Assembly: GCA_052437885.1 (NCBI GenBank)
Contig: JBQVPB010000011.1
Coordinates: forward strand, 13,793 to 45,792
DNA from: Methylophilus sp.
Lineage (GTDB): Bacteria > Pseudomonadota > Gammaproteobacteria > Burkholderiales > Methylophilaceae
Length of the DNA: 32,000 nt
Direction: 5' to 3'
In this document: piece by piece, positions 1 to 10,496 of the stretch
Layout of the letters: each line of letters starts with the position of its first letter
Numbering within the stretch: position 1 is the stretch's first letter
Program-made: the position numbers and the translations under genes
Notes under the pieces: generated by a model
Told to the model about the DNA's origin: nothing
What the model saw: only the letters and a program-made list of their open reading frames with translations
Databases searched by the model: none

Positions 1-184
1 TGATCAGCAGCAATGCATACCATCCGAGTTGCTCTTCAGTGAGTGGTGGTTGCAAGTATCTCTTTATCCTGCTATCAGGTGGCAGGGATTTTAATAGACG
101 ATGCGCTAGCAAGGTCAAAGCGATAACGATGAGCAGTCCTGCAGTTTCCAAGGCCAGCATGCCCATAGACTGATAGCGCAGCAT
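1..184 (-). CDS. hypothetical protein, partial (C-terminal part lies outside the window)
   Basis: ATG at 184-182, then open to the window edge (MLRYQSMGMLALETAGLLIVIALTLLAH...). One hydrophobic helix. Absent from the ORF track because no stop lies in the window. No family recognised. Confidence 0.2.
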   Translation of the reverse strand, partial: MLRYQSMGMLALETAGLLIVIALTLLAHRLLKSLPPDSRIKRYLQPPLTEEQLGWYALLLI

Positions 185-322
185 AAAACACCTCAAGTAA
201 AGAAAGTTGTATCTTAAAGGGGTAGCCAAGGGTTGCCTGTGGCGTCAGCTTGAGACCGTCATGGGAAGCTGCTTCGCGAGCCTTAAAACTATGGATATCG
301 CCACGAAAGTCTGTGGTGAATG

Positions 323-919
323 CTAGGGTGCGGGTAGCTCCTCAAGGCATTCATTCGAAACACTGACCAGCTTCCCGCTTTTTAAACGAAAAGTCTCTAC
401 ATCAGCGCAAGCTTTAGAGCCGGTCATGTAGGTTTGTCTATAGACTTCCTGATACTGCTTTCCATTCCAGGACCAAACTGATTTATAGCCATGTCCAGCT
501 GTGCCACCAAACTCTTTGAGCTGATGATAGCCGTTAGTTTTTGCAGGCATTATTTCTAAATTCCCGGTAGCGGGTGTACTCCAGATGCGCCTGGCTTGAG
601 TACCCTGCATTTGATAAAGCCAGACAGGGCAATAGTAAACGCCGCACAGACAAAAGTTGGTCGGTTTAAGCAGATAGGCGCTTAAGGACTGGCTTAACTT
701 GACCATCTGGGCTTCATATCTGGTATCTGGTCGCACATCTTCACAGTGTTTGATATCCTCCCCCATTTCTGCATTCAGGCGAGATTGGATGGCGGCAGGA
801 ATCTTGACCGGATGCGTAAAGCTTTCCTCTATGCTGAAACGCTCTGCAAAGGCTGTGATCGAAGTGAGAAATACGATTGCGGCTGTAATAAGTAAATGCA
901 TGATCAGTGTATTTTTCAT
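323..919 (-). CDS. hypothetical secreted protein
   Basis: 198-aa ORF. N-terminus MKNTLIMHLLITAAIVFLTSITAFA/ERF looks like a Sec signal peptide. Several Cys. No family recognised. Confidence 0.5.
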   Translation of the reverse strand: MKNTLIMHLLITAAIVFLTSITAFAERFSIEESFTHPVKIPAAIQSRLNAEMGEDIKHCEDVRPDTRYEAQMVKLSQSLSAYLLKPTNFCLCGVYYCPVWLYQMQGTQARRIWSTPATGNLEIMPAKTNGYHQLKEFGGTAGHGYKSVWSWNGKQYQEVYRQTYMTGSKACADVETFRLKSGKLVSVSNECLEELPAP

Positions 920-954
920 CCTACCTGCAGGTCTTCTGATTAACGTTAACGTGA

Positions 955-1347
955 CTATTTATTCGACCTGATACCTGATTCGAGCCTTGGCTGTTCTACA
1001 CGCTGGTTCAGGGTTTTACTCACCCACCAGCCAGCCACGCCTGATAGCGCGCCTAAAGTCACCATCAATACGTATAGAGGAGGGGAAGGCAGCAGTGATG
1101 GAATAAAAATGAGTAACAGACCGGCAGCGATGATAAATAATTTGCCATTGCTCTTACGCTTGAGCAGTAGCCTGATCGCTGCAATATATAGACTCAGGCT
1201 GCCGATTATCCAGAATAGAAATGGCAACACGGCAATGGCACCAGTACTCGAGAGTATGTAAATGATGCGCGCGCATTGCAGAGTGAGTCCAAATTGAATC
1301 AGGATAAACAAAAGAACTACATTTTTGATGGTATCGATTTTCATCAT
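955..1347 (-). CDS. hypothetical integral membrane protein
   Basis: 130-aa ORF that is almost entirely hydrophobic helices (LLFILIQFGLTL, AVLPFLFWIIGSLSLYIAAI, LFIIAAGLLLIFIPSLL, LYVLMVTLGALSGVAGWWV). Confidence 0.5.
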   Translation of the reverse strand: MMKIDTIKNVVLLFILIQFGLTLQCARIIYILSSTGAIAVLPFLFWIIGSLSLYIAAIRLLLKRKSNGKLFIIAAGLLLIFIPSLLPSPPLYVLMVTLGALSGVAGWWVSKTLNQRVEQPRLESGIRSNK

Positions 1348-1576
1348 TTTTTTTATTGTGATTTATTAGGAGATCGCTGATGAAAAGGATTCTACTATGC
1401 CGGCAGAGTTAAAGTATAGCCAGGCCATTGTTTGCTGGATGCTCAAACACTAGCTGATCACAACTGAATAACAAGTAGCGATCGCTTGCGCTTTTCACGA
1501 CCTGTTAAGTGCTGATTTAATCCGGCTATGGGCAGAGATCATTGGGGAGGGCAGGGGTATGCCTCTAGCTAACAGT

Positions 1577-1601
1577 AAAAAACACCCGGATGGGTGTTTT
1601 T
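1577..1601 (-). terminator. rho-independent terminator downstream of comEA
   Basis: Stem ACACCC / GGGTGT (1582-1587 / 1592-1597) with loop GGAT. An A-run on the + strand gives a T-run on the - strand. Confidence 0.5.
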
Positions 1602-1647
1602 GTATGGGGATTCTTGATTTAAGCTGCATGCCGTTGCAAGCAAAGCA

Positions 1648-1956
1648 TCAAGGTTTCTTTTTTTCTGTTGTATTTTTCACAGTGTCTGCCGGCGCTGCTT
1701 TTTTGCCACCCACGCTAATATCTTTCTTCAGGCTGCTGAGGGTCGCCTGGCCTATCCCGGGTACCTGATCCAGCGCTTCCACTGTTTTAAAATCGCCATT
1801 CTTTTTTCTGTAGTCAATAATGGCCTGTGCTTTTGCCGGGCCTATGCCTTTCAGGGTCTCCAGTTCTGCCTGGCTGGCGGTATTGATATCTACGACAGCA
1901 AATGCTGCTGGCGATAAAAGCAAGAATATTAAATAAACTAAAAATGCGTGTCTCAT
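1648..1956 (-). CDS. comEA: ComEA-family helix-hairpin-helix DNA-binding protein (periplasmic)
   Basis: 102 aa. Signal peptide [20 protein letters not shown], then [52 protein letters not shown], which is the typical ComEA HhH core. Confidence 0.75.
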   Translation of the reverse strand: MRHAFLVYLIFLLLSPAAFAVVDINTASQAELETLKGIGPAKAQAIIDYRKKNGDFKTVEALDQVPGIGQATLSSLKKDISVGGKKAAPADTVKNTTEKKKP

Positions 1957-1978
1957 GGTTTCTCCTCATCATTGAATG

Positions 1979-2010
1979 AAAAAAGCAGGCTGACTGTTCA
2001 GCCTGCTTTT
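1979..2010 (-). terminator. rho-independent terminator downstream of pyrF
   Basis: Perfect 9-bp stem GCAGGCTGA / TCAGCCTGC (1985-1993 / 1998-2006), loop CTGT, T6 on the minus strand (1979-1984). Confidence 0.6.
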
Positions 2011-2068
2011 ATTCTAACGAGCAGTAAGCAGCTGTCACCGACAGCCACTTTTATTTTATTAATAAATG

Positions 2069-2764
2069 TTAAATATTTTTAATAATTGTGTTTAAAGCAA
2101 CAATCGGGTCTGCTGCCTGCGTTATCGGACGGCCTATCACCAGGTAGTGGGAGCCAAGCGCGATGGCATCCTTAGGTGTCACAATGCGGGTCTGGTCATC
2201 CTGGCTGGCATCCGCCGGACGGATGCCCGGGGTGACCAGACAGAAGGCCTGGCCCAGCGCCTGTTTCAGCATGGCGGCTTCTTGTGCGGAACAGACGACG
2301 CCGTGTAAGCCGGCTTGTTGAGTCAGGCTGGCCAGCGCCAGTACATGGTCGCTTAAAGAGCGCTGTATACCCAGACTATTCAGCGTGGGCTCATCCATAC
2401 TGGTCAGAACAGTCACTGCGATCAGCAGGGGGGCTTGGGCACCAAAAGCTTTATCCAGGCCTTCACGCGCAGCTTGCATCATGGGCAGACCGCCGCTGGC
2501 GTGCACATTCAGCATCCAGACGCCCAGGTTTGCCGCCGCCTGGCATGCCTTGGCCACGGTGTTGGGAATATCATGGAATTTCAGGTCTAGAAAAACATCG
2601 TATTGCTGTTTGACCAGCGATTCGACAAATGCCGGCCCGGCTGCGGTAAACAGCTCTTTGCCGACTTTTAATTTGCACAGCGCTGGGTCCAGCCTGGCAA
2701 CCAGTGCTTGTGCAGAGGCAGCGTCGGCGTAGTCCAGGGCAACAATAATTTTGCTATCAGTCAT
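2069..2764 (-). CDS. pyrF: orotidine 5'-phosphate decarboxylase
   Basis: 231 aa. IVALDY...KVGKELF...[15 protein letters not shown] is the OMP decarboxylase signature. Confidence 0.95.
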   Translation of the reverse strand: MTDSKIIVALDYADAASAQALVARLDPALCKLKVGKELFTAAGPAFVESLVKQQYDVFLDLKFHDIPNTVAKACQAAANLGVWMLNVHASGGLPMMQAAREGLDKAFGAQAPLLIAVTVLTSMDEPTLNSLGIQRSLSDHVLALASLTQQAGLHGVVCSAQEAAMLKQALGQAFCLVTPGIRPADASQDDQTRIVTPKDAIALGSHYLVIGRPITQAADPIVALNTIIKNI

Positions 2765-2796
2765 GGGTGATGGGTACAGAAAAAATAAACGAACGG

Positions 2797-4026
2797 TTAT
2801 TTGCGTTTAAGCAATTTGATATCACGGATAGTCGCTTCAGTCGGCTCGGCCGGCAGTGACTCCCAGGCATTGCAGGCCGGGCATTGCCAATGGTATTGCT
2901 TGGCGCGGAAACCGCACTGGTCGCAATAATAGGCGGCACGGTCACCGATGGCATTGCGCACGGTCTGCTGCATGAGCTGTAAATCATGCTGTTCGTCTTC
3001 AAGCATGGCGCGCGCTTGCAGCAACTGGTCCAGCGATTTTAAGCTGGGTTTGCGTATCAGCTCATTACGCGCCAGCTTGGCGGCTGTCTCTGCGCCTTCT
3101 GCTTGCAAAGTGGCTTCGTATAACACCGACATCATGCTGCTTAACTGGTAGGATTCCAGGTATTGGCTCAACTGGTCCAAGCCTTCTTTCAGGCCTTTGG
3201 ACTGATTGCCCACAGTCAGCGCATCACCTGCATGCAAAGCGGCATAGCTTTTGAGCATTTTCTGGGCTACCAGGCCCAGATACTCCGGGTCCTGCATTTC
3301 TATCCTTTTCCAGAATGCGATGGCTGCGGTATGGTCTTCCTGCTGCGCTGCCATGTCCCCCAAAAGCACATTGGCACGCACACAGTTCTTGTTGGCATCC
3401 AGGGCCTGGGCCAGGTGGCCTTTGGCGTTGTGCCAGTCTTGCTGAATAATGGCGTTGACGGCCAGTTCACAGTAATACTGGGCGACTTCCTTGCGGTAAG
3501 AAATGCCGGACGAGCCTTCCAGCTCAATAGCAATGGCGATCGCTTGCGACCATTCGCGCTCTTTCACATATATTTCAAGCAAATGGCGTAGCGCGGCTTG
3601 TTCATAGCGTGTGTGACGCAATGCCAGGAACAGTTCTTCTGCGCGGTCATACAAACCGGCTTTAAAGTAATCTTGCGCCAGCTCGACTTTGATCGAAGTT
3701 GATTGTTGTTCTGTCAGCTCGTAGTTTTCCAACAGGTTCATGTGCAGGTGGATAGCGCGGTCGGTTTCACCAGTGCGACGGAACAGGCTGCCCAATACAA
3801 AATGCAGTTCCAGGGAGTCTTTATTCAGATAGAGCGCTTCACTGAATGCATCTACCGCCTTGTGGTACTGGTCGGCGATCAGCAGGTTCAGGCCTTTAAA
3901 ATAGGTGGCGGGTAGGGAGGTCGATTCTGCAATCAACTGTTTGATATCCACACGGGCGGCGATCCAGCCCAGCGTGAAAAACAGTGGCAGGATCAACAGC
4001 CACCAATATTCAAATTCAACCAGCAT
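2797..4026 (-). CDS. lapB: lipopolysaccharide assembly protein LapB (YciM): N-terminal TM helix, TPR repeats, C-terminal rubredoxin-like zinc finger
   Basis: 409 aa. N-terminal helix [20 protein letters not shown]-like repeats, and a C-terminal CDQCGF...WQCPACNAW (CxxC...CxxC). Position upstream of pyrF matches enterobacterial synteny. Confidence 0.85.
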   Translation of the reverse strand: MLVEFEYWWLLILPLFFTLGWIAARVDIKQLIAESTSLPATYFKGLNLLIADQYHKAVDAFSEALYLNKDSLELHFVLGSLFRRTGETDRAIHLHMNLLENYELTEQQSTSIKVELAQDYFKAGLYDRAEELFLALRHTRYEQAALRHLLEIYVKEREWSQAIAIAIELEGSSGISYRKEVAQYYCELAVNAIIQQDWHNAKGHLAQALDANKNCVRANVLLGDMAAQQEDHTAAIAFWKRIEMQDPEYLGLVAQKMLKSYAALHAGDALTVGNQSKGLKEGLDQLSQYLESYQLSSMMSVLYEATLQAEGAETAAKLARNELIRKPSLKSLDQLLQARAMLEDEQHDLQLMQQTVRNAIGDRAAYYCDQCGFRAKQYHWQCPACNAWESLPAEPTEATIRDIKLLKRK

Positions 4027-4145
4027 ACAAGGTCTCTTTTTTAGATAGCGCCTATTTTACCTTAAGCGCCTGTGGCATTGTCATGAATATAATAGCGCCA
4101 TGCAGATAGTGGTGTCATGACCATGTATTCTGGCCAGGCAGGGCG

Positions 4146-4179
4146 AAAAAAAACGGCATCTCAATGAGATGCCGTTTTT
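4146..4179 (-). terminator. rho-independent terminator downstream of ihfB
   Basis: Perfect 9-bp stem CGGCATCTC / GAGATGCCG (4154-4162 / 4166-4174), loop AAT, T8 on the minus strand (4146-4153). Confidence 0.75.
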
Positions 4180-4195
4180 GTCAGCAAAGGCTGAT

Positions 4196-4480
4196 TTACT
4201 CCATAGCGTCTACGCGGTCGCGCAGTTCTTTACCTGCCTTGAAATGGGGCACATACTTGGCCGGCACCTGTACTTTGGTACCAGTTTTAGGATTGCGTCC
4301 CAAACGGGGCGGGCGGTAATTCAAACTGAAACTACCAAAACCGCGGATCTCGATACGCTCGCCAGTCGCCAGGTTTTCTGTCATCGCATCGAGGATGGTT
4401 TTAACAGATAACTCGGCATCTTTCAGCACTAATTGCGGAAAGCGCTGCGCAAGTAAATCAATGAGTTCAGATCTAGTCAT
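4196..4480 (-). CDS. ihfB: integration host factor subunit beta
   Basis: 94 aa. MTRSELI...[26 protein letters not shown] is the HU/IHF fold signature. Position directly after rpsA is the classic synteny. Confidence 0.95.
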   Translation of the reverse strand: MTRSELIDLLAQRFPQLVLKDAELSVKTILDAMTENLATGERIEIRGFGSFSLNYRPPRLGRNPKTGTKVQVPAKYVPHFKAGKELRDRVDAME

Positions 4481-4495
4481 GACCTAAAGCCTTTA

Positions 4496-5962
4496 TTATT
4501 TTTTGCTGTCCAATTTAGCTTTCAACAAAGCACCCAGGTTAGTGGTACCTGCTGAGGCTTCATCGATAAGGACATCATCAGTTTTTGCTTTTTTGGCTTT
4601 TGGTTTGCCGCCTTTGTCGTCACCGATAGGCGCACTGTTGCCACTTGGATCTTCAGTCAGCTGTTTCACGCCCAGAGAAATACGCTCTTTCTCAACATCA
4701 ATCGCCAGAATAACGGCTTGCAGCTCGTCACCTTTTTTGAAGTTGCGGATCGCTTCTTCGCCAGACTGTGTCCATGACAGGTCAGACAAGTGAACCAGGC
4801 CATCAATACCGCCTGGCAGACCAATAAACACGCCAAAGTCAGTGATAGACTTGATTTGGCCTGATACTTTGTCGCCTTTAGCGTGGGTAGCAGCGAAATC
4901 ATCCCATGGGTTTGGTTTGCACTGTTTCATACCCAGTGACAAACGACGACGGTCTTCGTCGATTTCCAGGATCATGACTTCAACTTCGTCGCCCAGTTGA
5001 GCGATTTTGCCCGGATGAATGTTCTTGTTAGTCCAATCCATTTCAGACACGTGTACCAGACCTTCAATGCCCGGTTCTACTTCAACGAACGCACCGTAGT
5101 CAGTCAGGTTAGACACTTTACCGAACAGGCGTGTGCCTACTGGGTAACGGCGGCTCAATGCTACCCATGGGTCGTCGCCCAATTGCTTGATGCCCAGGGA
5201 AACACGGTTTTTCTCTTGATCGAATTTCAGGATCTTGGCTTCAACTTCTTCACCAACGGTCAGCACTTCTGATGGGTGCTTCACGCGGCGCCATGCCAGA
5301 TCAGTGATGTGCAACAGGCCATCGATACCACCCAGATCCACGAACGCGCCGTAGTCAGTGATGTTTTTAACGATACCTTTGATCACAGCACCTTCAGTCA
5401 GGCTACCCAGCAAGGCTTCACGGTCAGCACCCAGGGTGTCTTCCATGACTGCGCGGCGGGAAACCACGATGTTGTTACGCTTGCGATCCAGTTTGATGAC
5501 TTTAAAGTCCCACTCTTTGTTTTCGTAAGGAGTGGTGTCTTTTACCGGGCGGATATCTACCAGTGAGCCAGGCAAGAATGCCATGATGCCGCTGACAGAA
5601 ACGCGCAGACCACCTTTAACACGGCTGCTGACAAAGCCTTTAACTACGCGGCCTTCGTTCATGGCTTCTTCCAGATCCAGCCATGCTTGCATTTTCTTCG
5701 CTTTTTCGCGAGAGAGTTGTGTAGAACCAAAACCGTCTTCCAGTTTTTCAATCGCTACTTTAACGAAGTCGCCAACTGCAACTTCAAGCTCGCCTTGAGC
5801 ATTTTTGAATTCACCAGCGTTGATCACGCTTTCAGATTTCAGGCCAGCGTTCACGATAACGAAATCATTATCTACAGAAACCACTTCGGCGGTGATCACT
5901 TCACCTGCACGCATTTCCTGGCGGGCCAGGCTTTCTTCGAAGAGCGCTGCAAAAGATTCCAT
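4496..5962 (-). CDS. rpsA: 30S ribosomal protein S1 (five S1 repeats plus a Lys-rich tail)
   Basis: The ORF track starts at 6007, but the conserved S1 N-terminus [12 protein letters not shown] begins at the ATG at 5962-5960. Five repeats of the S1 motif are visible (e.g. [80 protein letters not shown]). Confidence 0.9.
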   Translation of the reverse strand: MESFAALFEESLARQEMRAGEVITAEVVSVDNDFVIVNAGLKSESVINAGEFKNAQGELEVAVGDFVKVAIEKLEDGFGSTQLSREKAKKMQAWLDLEEAMNEGRVVKGFVSSRVKGGLRVSVSGIMAFLPGSLVDIRPVKDTTPYENKEWDFKVIKLDRKRNNIVVSRRAVMEDTLGADREALLGSLTEGAVIKGIVKNITDYGAFVDLGGIDGLLHITDLAWRRVKHPSEVLTVGEEVEAKILKFDQEKNRVSLGIKQLGDDPWVALSRRYPVGTRLFGKVSNLTDYGAFVEVEPGIEGLVHVSEMDWTNKNIHPGKIAQLGDEVEVMILEIDEDRRRLSLGMKQCKPNPWDDFAATHAKGDKVSGQIKSITDFGVFIGLPGGIDGLVHLSDLSWTQSGEEAIRNFKKGDELQAVILAIDVEKERISLGVKQLTEDPSGNSAPIGDDKGGKPKAKKAKTDDVLIDEASAGTTNLGALLKAKLDSKK

Positions 5963-6181
5963 GGAGGAGGATGTATTAGAAATAGAAGCCATTAAAAAAT
6001 TGTCCAAGTTTTACTCGCCAAACAGCCCATGCTGCCAAACGAGCCATTGCTACCTAAAGAAAGCAGTCAATGGATAAAGTTAAAAGTTGCCATATCCGGC
6101 TGGCGCCAAATATAACGCGAATCTGGAACTATACACAAAAAATTTATTGGCTTCAATGACTTAAAGCGTTTTTTATCTGAT

Positions 6182-6850
6182 TTAGACCGTCTTTTTAAAG
6201 GCTGCAATAATCATGGCGACGGCTTGGTCGATATTCATTTCCGTGGTATCCACCAGCATGGCATCCGGCAGTTGCAGCAATGGCGCGGAAGAACGTTGTG
6301 TGTCACGCAGATCGCGTTGCTTTAAATCTTGCAGAATCGTGTCGTAATTGGCAGTTTCACCGCGATTGATCAGCTGGTCATAACGACGCTGGGCACGGGT
6401 TTCCACAGCCGCAGTCAGAAACACTTTCAACACTGCGTCAGGAAAGATGACCGAGCCTATATCGCGGCCATCACCGACCAGGCCGGGCGCTTTCCTGAAG
6501 TTCCTTTGCGTCTGCAGCAGCGCTGTACGTACTTCAGGATGCACCGCGACCTCGGAAGCGCCTTTGCCCATTTGTTCGGTGCGGATATAAGCGCTGACAT
6601 GCTCGCCATTTAAAAATGCTTCACCGCCCTCAAACCTGATCTCCATAGAAGAGACAGTCTCTGCCAGTTTTGTTGCATCTGACCATGAGACTGATCGCGT
6701 GTGCGCTGCATAAGCCAGCAAGCGGTAGAGGGCACCTGAATCCAGGTAATGAAAGCCAAAAGCCTGGGCGACGCGTTCTGCGACGCTGCCTTTGCCGGAA
6801 GCGGATGGGCCATCAATGGCGATCACTGGCCATAAAGTCTGTTCGGTCAT
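6182..6850 (-). CDS. cmk: cytidylate kinase
   Basis: 222 aa. IAIDGPSASGKGSVAERVA P-loop and YLDSGALYR motif. cmk-rpsA synteny. Confidence 0.95.
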   Translation of the reverse strand: MTEQTLWPVIAIDGPSASGKGSVAERVAQAFGFHYLDSGALYRLLAYAAHTRSVSWSDATKLAETVSSMEIRFEGGEAFLNGEHVSAYIRTEQMGKGASEVAVHPEVRTALLQTQRNFRKAPGLVGDGRDIGSVIFPDAVLKVFLTAAVETRAQRRYDQLINRGETANYDTILQDLKQRDLRDTQRSSAPLLQLPDAMLVDTTEMNIDQAVAMIIAAFKKTV

Positions 6851-6939
6851 AAATTTTGCTTATCAGATACTTAAAAACAATGAATTGGATTAAATCGTCA
6901 GCGGTTTATATGATGTGCCTAACGATTAAGGAGCACAGC

Positions 6940-7158
6940 ATGATCAAAACATTTTCTTTCGCTATCCTGCATTTCAGTGTGGCTTTCAGCATCGCTTATC
7001 TGCTCACCGGCAGCATACTGATCGGTGGCCTGATGGCGCTGATAGAGCCAGCCATTAATACTGTAGTGTTTTATTTTCATGAGCGGGCGTGGAACCATCA
7101 CCATGCACATGCTGCCACCGCGGAAGCCGATGAACACGAATGGGCTTATGCCGCCTGA
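6940..7158 (+). CDS. DUF2061-family small membrane protein
   Basis: The track ORF starts at 6856. I prefer the ATG at 6940, preceded by AAGGAG at 6927-6932. MIKTFSFAILHFSVAFSIAYLLTGS...ALIEPAINTVVFYFHERAWN matches my recollection of the DUF2061 pattern. Confidence 0.65.
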   Translation: MIKTFSFAILHFSVAFSIAYLLTGSILIGGLMALIEPAINTVVFYFHERAWNHHHAHAATAEADEHEWAYAA

Positions 7159-8439
7159 TCAACGCGCAATGCTGGCAAACACCTTAAAGTATTCAGGAAA
7201 GGTTTTAGCGACGCACTTGGGGTCATTAATGGTGATGGGCACACCCGCCAGGCTGATTAATGAAAAGCACATGGCCATGCGGTGGTCGTCATAAGTATCG
7301 ATCACCGCATTTTCAATCAGCTGCGCAGGTGGCGTGATCTGGATCGCGTCTTCTGCCTCTATCACGCTGGCGCCCACTTTGCGTAACTCTGTGGCCATGG
7401 CAGCAATGCGGTCAGTTTCTTTCACGCGCCAGCTGGCGATATTGCGCAGGGTAGTCGTCCCTTGCGCAAACAGCGCCATCACCGCCAGCGTCATCGCCGC
7501 ATCGGGGATATGGTTGCAATCAAGGTCTATCGCTTTTAGCGCGCCGGTTTTTTCTGCGCGCACATGGTTGTCGCCATAGCTGATACGGCCACCCATCAGT
7601 TTGGCTGCTTCAGCAAACAGAATATCGCCCTGAATACTGTGCTGGCCCACGCCGTGCACGGTGACATCGCCTGCCACAATACCTGCCGCAATAAAGTAAG
7701 AAGCGCTGGAGGCATCGCCTTCAACGTAAATCTCGCCTGGCGATTGATAACGGGCGGCAGCCGGAATGTGAAATCTTTGCCAGCCGTCCCGCTCTACATT
7801 GACGCCAAAACGCTGCATCAGGTTAAGTGTGATCTCAATATAGGGCTTTGAAATCAACTCACCGACCACTTCAATACTGGCTGCCTGGCAAGTCAGCGGT
7901 AACGCCATCAGCAAAGCGGTCAGAAACTGGCTGGAAACATCGCCGCGGATCTGGATAGGCTGGCTGACATCCAGTGTAGACGGGGAGATCTGCAGGGGCG
8001 GGTAGCCCTCATTAGCCAGGCAAGCCACCTTGGCACCTGCCTGTCGTAAGGCGGTGACCAAGTCAGCGATGGGGCGCTCGTGCATGCGCGGCACACCATG
8101 CAAATGGTAATCGCCGTTTGAGAAAGCCAAAGCTGCTGTCAACGGGCGAAAGGCAGTGCCGGCATTGCCTAAAAACAAATCCGCCTGTTTGTTGGGGAAA
8201 TTTCCGCCACAGCCAGTCACGCGCCAGGCATGCTCAGCGATGTTTTCCAGTTTCACGCCCAGTGATTGCAGCGCCTCCAGCATGCGGGCCGTGTCATCCG
8301 AATCCAGCAGGTCGCGTATCACTGTCACCCCGTCAGAAAGCGCCGCCAGCAACAGGGTGCGATTAGAAATGCTTTTTGAGCCTGGTAGAGTGATCGCCCC
8401 TGTTGCTTGTGCAGCGGCAGCTAAATGCAGTTGTTCCAT
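7159..8439 (-). CDS. aroA: 3-phosphoshikimate 1-carboxyvinyltransferase (EPSP synthase)
   Basis: 426 aa. [18 protein letters not shown] and [19 protein letters not shown] are EPSP synthase signatures. Confidence 0.95.
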   Translation of the reverse strand: MEQLHLAAAAQATGAITLPGSKSISNRTLLLAALSDGVTVIRDLLDSDDTARMLEALQSLGVKLENIAEHAWRVTGCGGNFPNKQADLFLGNAGTAFRPLTAALAFSNGDYHLHGVPRMHERPIADLVTALRQAGAKVACLANEGYPPLQISPSTLDVSQPIQIRGDVSSQFLTALLMALPLTCQAASIEVVGELISKPYIEITLNLMQRFGVNVERDGWQRFHIPAAARYQSPGEIYVEGDASSASYFIAAGIVAGDVTVHGVGQHSIQGDILFAEAAKLMGGRISYGDNHVRAEKTGALKAIDLDCNHIPDAAMTLAVMALFAQGTTTLRNIASWRVKETDRIAAMATELRKVGASVIEAEDAIQITPPAQLIENAVIDTYDDHRMAMCFSLISLAGVPITINDPKCVAKTFPEYFKVFASIAR

Positions 8440-8453
8440 ATATATTGAGTCTA

Positions 8454-9323
8454 CTATTGAATTTTGGATTTCGCCCAGGCATTGCGGGCTTGGCTGGCGT
8501 GTTCAAATAACGCAAACAAACCTTCAGCGTCATTACTTTCAAGCAATGCCGTCATTTCACTCACCGCTCGTTGATAGGAGCTGAGCTCTTGTAATAAGGC
8601 CTGTTTATTTGCCAACGCAATATCGCGCCACATTTCAGGGTGGCTACCAGCAATACGGGTAAAGTCACGGAAGCCACTGGCGGCAAATTTAAACAGTAAT
8701 TCTGCATTTCCACGCTTGGCTAAATCCTCAACCAGGGCGAATGCCAATAAATGCGGCAAATGACTGACTGCGGCGAATACACTGTCATGTTCTTCCGGAG
8801 GCATATTGGACACCAGCGCACCGCAGTTTTGCCACAGCGTAGTCACTTTTTGTACAGCCGCAGTGCTAGTCACAGTCGCTGGTGTAAGAATGACGTTTTT
8901 GCCTATGTATAAATCAGCCATGGCCGCTCCGGGGCCGCTTTTTTCAGCACCGGCGATAGGGTGGCCACCGACAAACTGGCTGAATTGATCTCCCAGTTCA
9001 GCCTGGGCATACGCCATGACGTCAGATTTGGTACTACCGGCATCGGTGACCACTGTTTGTGCGGCAAGGTGAGGGCGGATAGTACGTAAGATGGCAGGCG
9101 TTTGCGCGACCGGGGCTGCGATCAAGACTAGATCTGCATTTTCTAATGCGCTTGCAATGTCGGTCACGGCCTGGTCTATCAGCCCTAAACTCAATGCTTC
9201 CTGCAGGCTGTGATCTGAACGGCCTACGCCTATGATCTGTGGTGGATTGGGTAATTTTTTCAGCGCCAGGGCGACTGAGCCGCCTATCAATCCTACGCCG
9301 AAGATCACGATTTTATTGAACAT
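8454..9323 (-). CDS. tyrA: prephenate (or arogenate) dehydrogenase
   Basis: 289 aa. Rossmann motif [29 protein letters not shown] and a C-terminal PDH domain. tyrA-aroA-cmk synteny. Confidence 0.85.
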   Translation of the reverse strand: MFNKIVIFGVGLIGGSVALALKKLPNPPQIIGVGRSDHSLQEALSLGLIDQAVTDIASALENADLVLIAAPVAQTPAILRTIRPHLAAQTVVTDAGSTKSDVMAYAQAELGDQFSQFVGGHPIAGAEKSGPGAAMADLYIGKNVILTPATVTSTAAVQKVTTLWQNCGALVSNMPPEEHDSVFAAVSHLPHLLAFALVEDLAKRGNAELLFKFAASGFRDFTRIAGSHPEMWRDIALANKQALLQELSSYQRAVSEMTALLESNDAEGLFALFEHASQARNAWAKSKIQ

Positions 9324-9361
9324 TCAGGAATTGTATCATGTCATACAACTGCGCCTGAAGT

Positions 9362-9390
9362 TTGGCTAGTATGGGTTTCAGGCGTATACT
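9362..9390 (+). promoter_or_regulatory. candidate sigma70 promoter of ssrA
   Basis: TTGGCT (9362-9367), 17-nt spacer, TATACT (9385-9390). Lies 14 nt upstream of the mature tmRNA 5' end. Confidence 0.4.
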
Positions 9391-9404
9391 TGCCAGCTTG
9401 CATT

Positions 9405-9770
9405 GGGGCTGACCAGGTTTCGACGTGGGTTGCAAAGCAGTGCAGGGCATACCGAGGATTCAGGTTCCCTCGTAAATCCATCTGAAAAAGTATAGTCGCA
9501 AACGACGAAACTTACGCTTTAGCCGCTTAATCCCGGCTGAACGCTGCCCCGAAGAGTCTCTCGGTCGGGCCGGGTAACCGGCAGCAGCGTCATTTAGAGA
9601 GAATCGTGCGTGGTTGGGTTGCTTAATCACGCATTAAATCCAAGGCAACTCGCTTTGCACTTGCTTGCTCGTTGGTGAGTGTACGGTTAAATATAAACAA
9701 CACAGCTAAGTATGTAGAACTGTCTGTGGAGGGCTTGCGGACGGGGGTTCGATTCCCCCCAGCTCCACCA
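9405..9770 (+). ncRNA. ssrA: tmRNA (SsrA), one-piece
   Basis: 5' GGGGCTGACCAGGTTTCGACG and 3' GGACGGGGGTTCGATTCCCCCCAGCTCCACCA form the tRNA-Ala-like domain. Tag reading frame is 9498-9530: GCA AAC GAC GAA ACT TAC GCT TTA GCC GCT TAA, giving ANDETYALAA*. Confidence 0.95.
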
Positions 9771-9804
9771 ATTACCAAAATCAAGAAGTACCAAAACACC
9801 TCAC

Positions 9805-9829
9805 AAACCCGCTTATATGCGGGTTTTTT
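9805..9829 (+). terminator. rho-independent terminator of ssrA
   Basis: Stem CCCGC / GCGGG (9808-9812 / 9819-9823), loop TTATAT, T6 (9824-9829). Confidence 0.7.
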
Positions 9830-9845
9830 GTTATTCAAGCAGGTA

Positions 9846-10259
9846 TCAATGCATATCAAGCCGTTGATTCAATGCACGATATTGTATTTTCATGCGCGTA
9901 CAAAACCTGCGTTTTGCCACCACCCTGAGTTGATCAAAGATCAATTGTTTCCATACGAACTGTGCCTTGATGACCTGCTCGTTGGTGTCTGCGATCTGAT
10001 GCTGTTTGCGTCGCTTTCGTTGTGGCGTTCTCAAGGCGGCATAGGCATGCTGCTTGATGCTATCCAGTTTGTCAGCCGGGGCCGCCAATGAGCCTGATAT
10101 CCAGCGGTGAAATATGGCCGGCTTCACATTCGCCACTTTGATAGCCTGATGCAGATTTAAAGTCCCCAGATAGGCGCCGATTTTCAAGCTCCATTCAAGG
10201 GAATATTGCGTCTGCAGCTTTTCAATTCTGCTTTTATTTTGCATGGTTTTATTGTGCAT
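9846..10259 (-). CDS. hypothetical basic protein with a possible HTH-like segment
   Basis: 137-aa ORF in an AT-rich islet. The segment LHQAIKVANVKPAIFHRWISGSLAAPADKLDSI resembles phage-type HTH ('..RW.sG...P') motifs. It is followed by a basic stretch, RTPQRKRRKQHQ. No confident family. Confidence 0.45.
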   Translation of the reverse strand: MHNKTMQNKSRIEKLQTQYSLEWSLKIGAYLGTLNLHQAIKVANVKPAIFHRWISGSLAAPADKLDSIKQHAYAALRTPQRKRRKQHQIADTNEQVIKAQFVWKQLIFDQLRVVAKRRFCTRMKIQYRALNQRLDMH

Positions 10260-10496
10260 ATGATTTCCCTTTTTTTATAAATGTAATATTCATAAATTAG
10301 ATTTATAAATATAAATAAACTATTTAAATCAATTGGTTATACAATAATATTCATGTGTTACCACTCTATCAGTCATCCGACATTTCTACCAATAAAAATG
10401 TTGGAAAATTGCGTGCAGGAAATTTTTTGCAAACTAAATGCGTTATAAATCTGTCACAAAAGGGAAACCAAGCAACCTGATAGCCTTTGAAATAAC

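Noticed and set aside
9871-9900. Possible additional dif-like site (AATGCACGATA-TTGTAT.. / ..TTCATGCGCGT) that would delimit a third IMEX left of phage A
   Set aside because: It resembles a reverse-complemented XerC arm only if an indel is allowed. The opposite arm matches at about 5 of 11 positions. It lies inside the 137-aa ORF. This is too weak to call.
9623-10091. ORF-track entries 9623-9859 (-) and 9672-10091 (+)
   Set aside because: They overlap the tmRNA gene and its terminator, and have no coding features. I treat them as spurious.
10260-10496. Repeated ATAAAT / TATAAAT motifs in the AT-rich spacer, considered as iterons, an origin or a degenerate dif
   Set aside because: The repeats are short, irregularly spaced and of low complexity. 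They are consistent with an AT-rich divergent promoter region. No arm/spacer/arm geometry is present.
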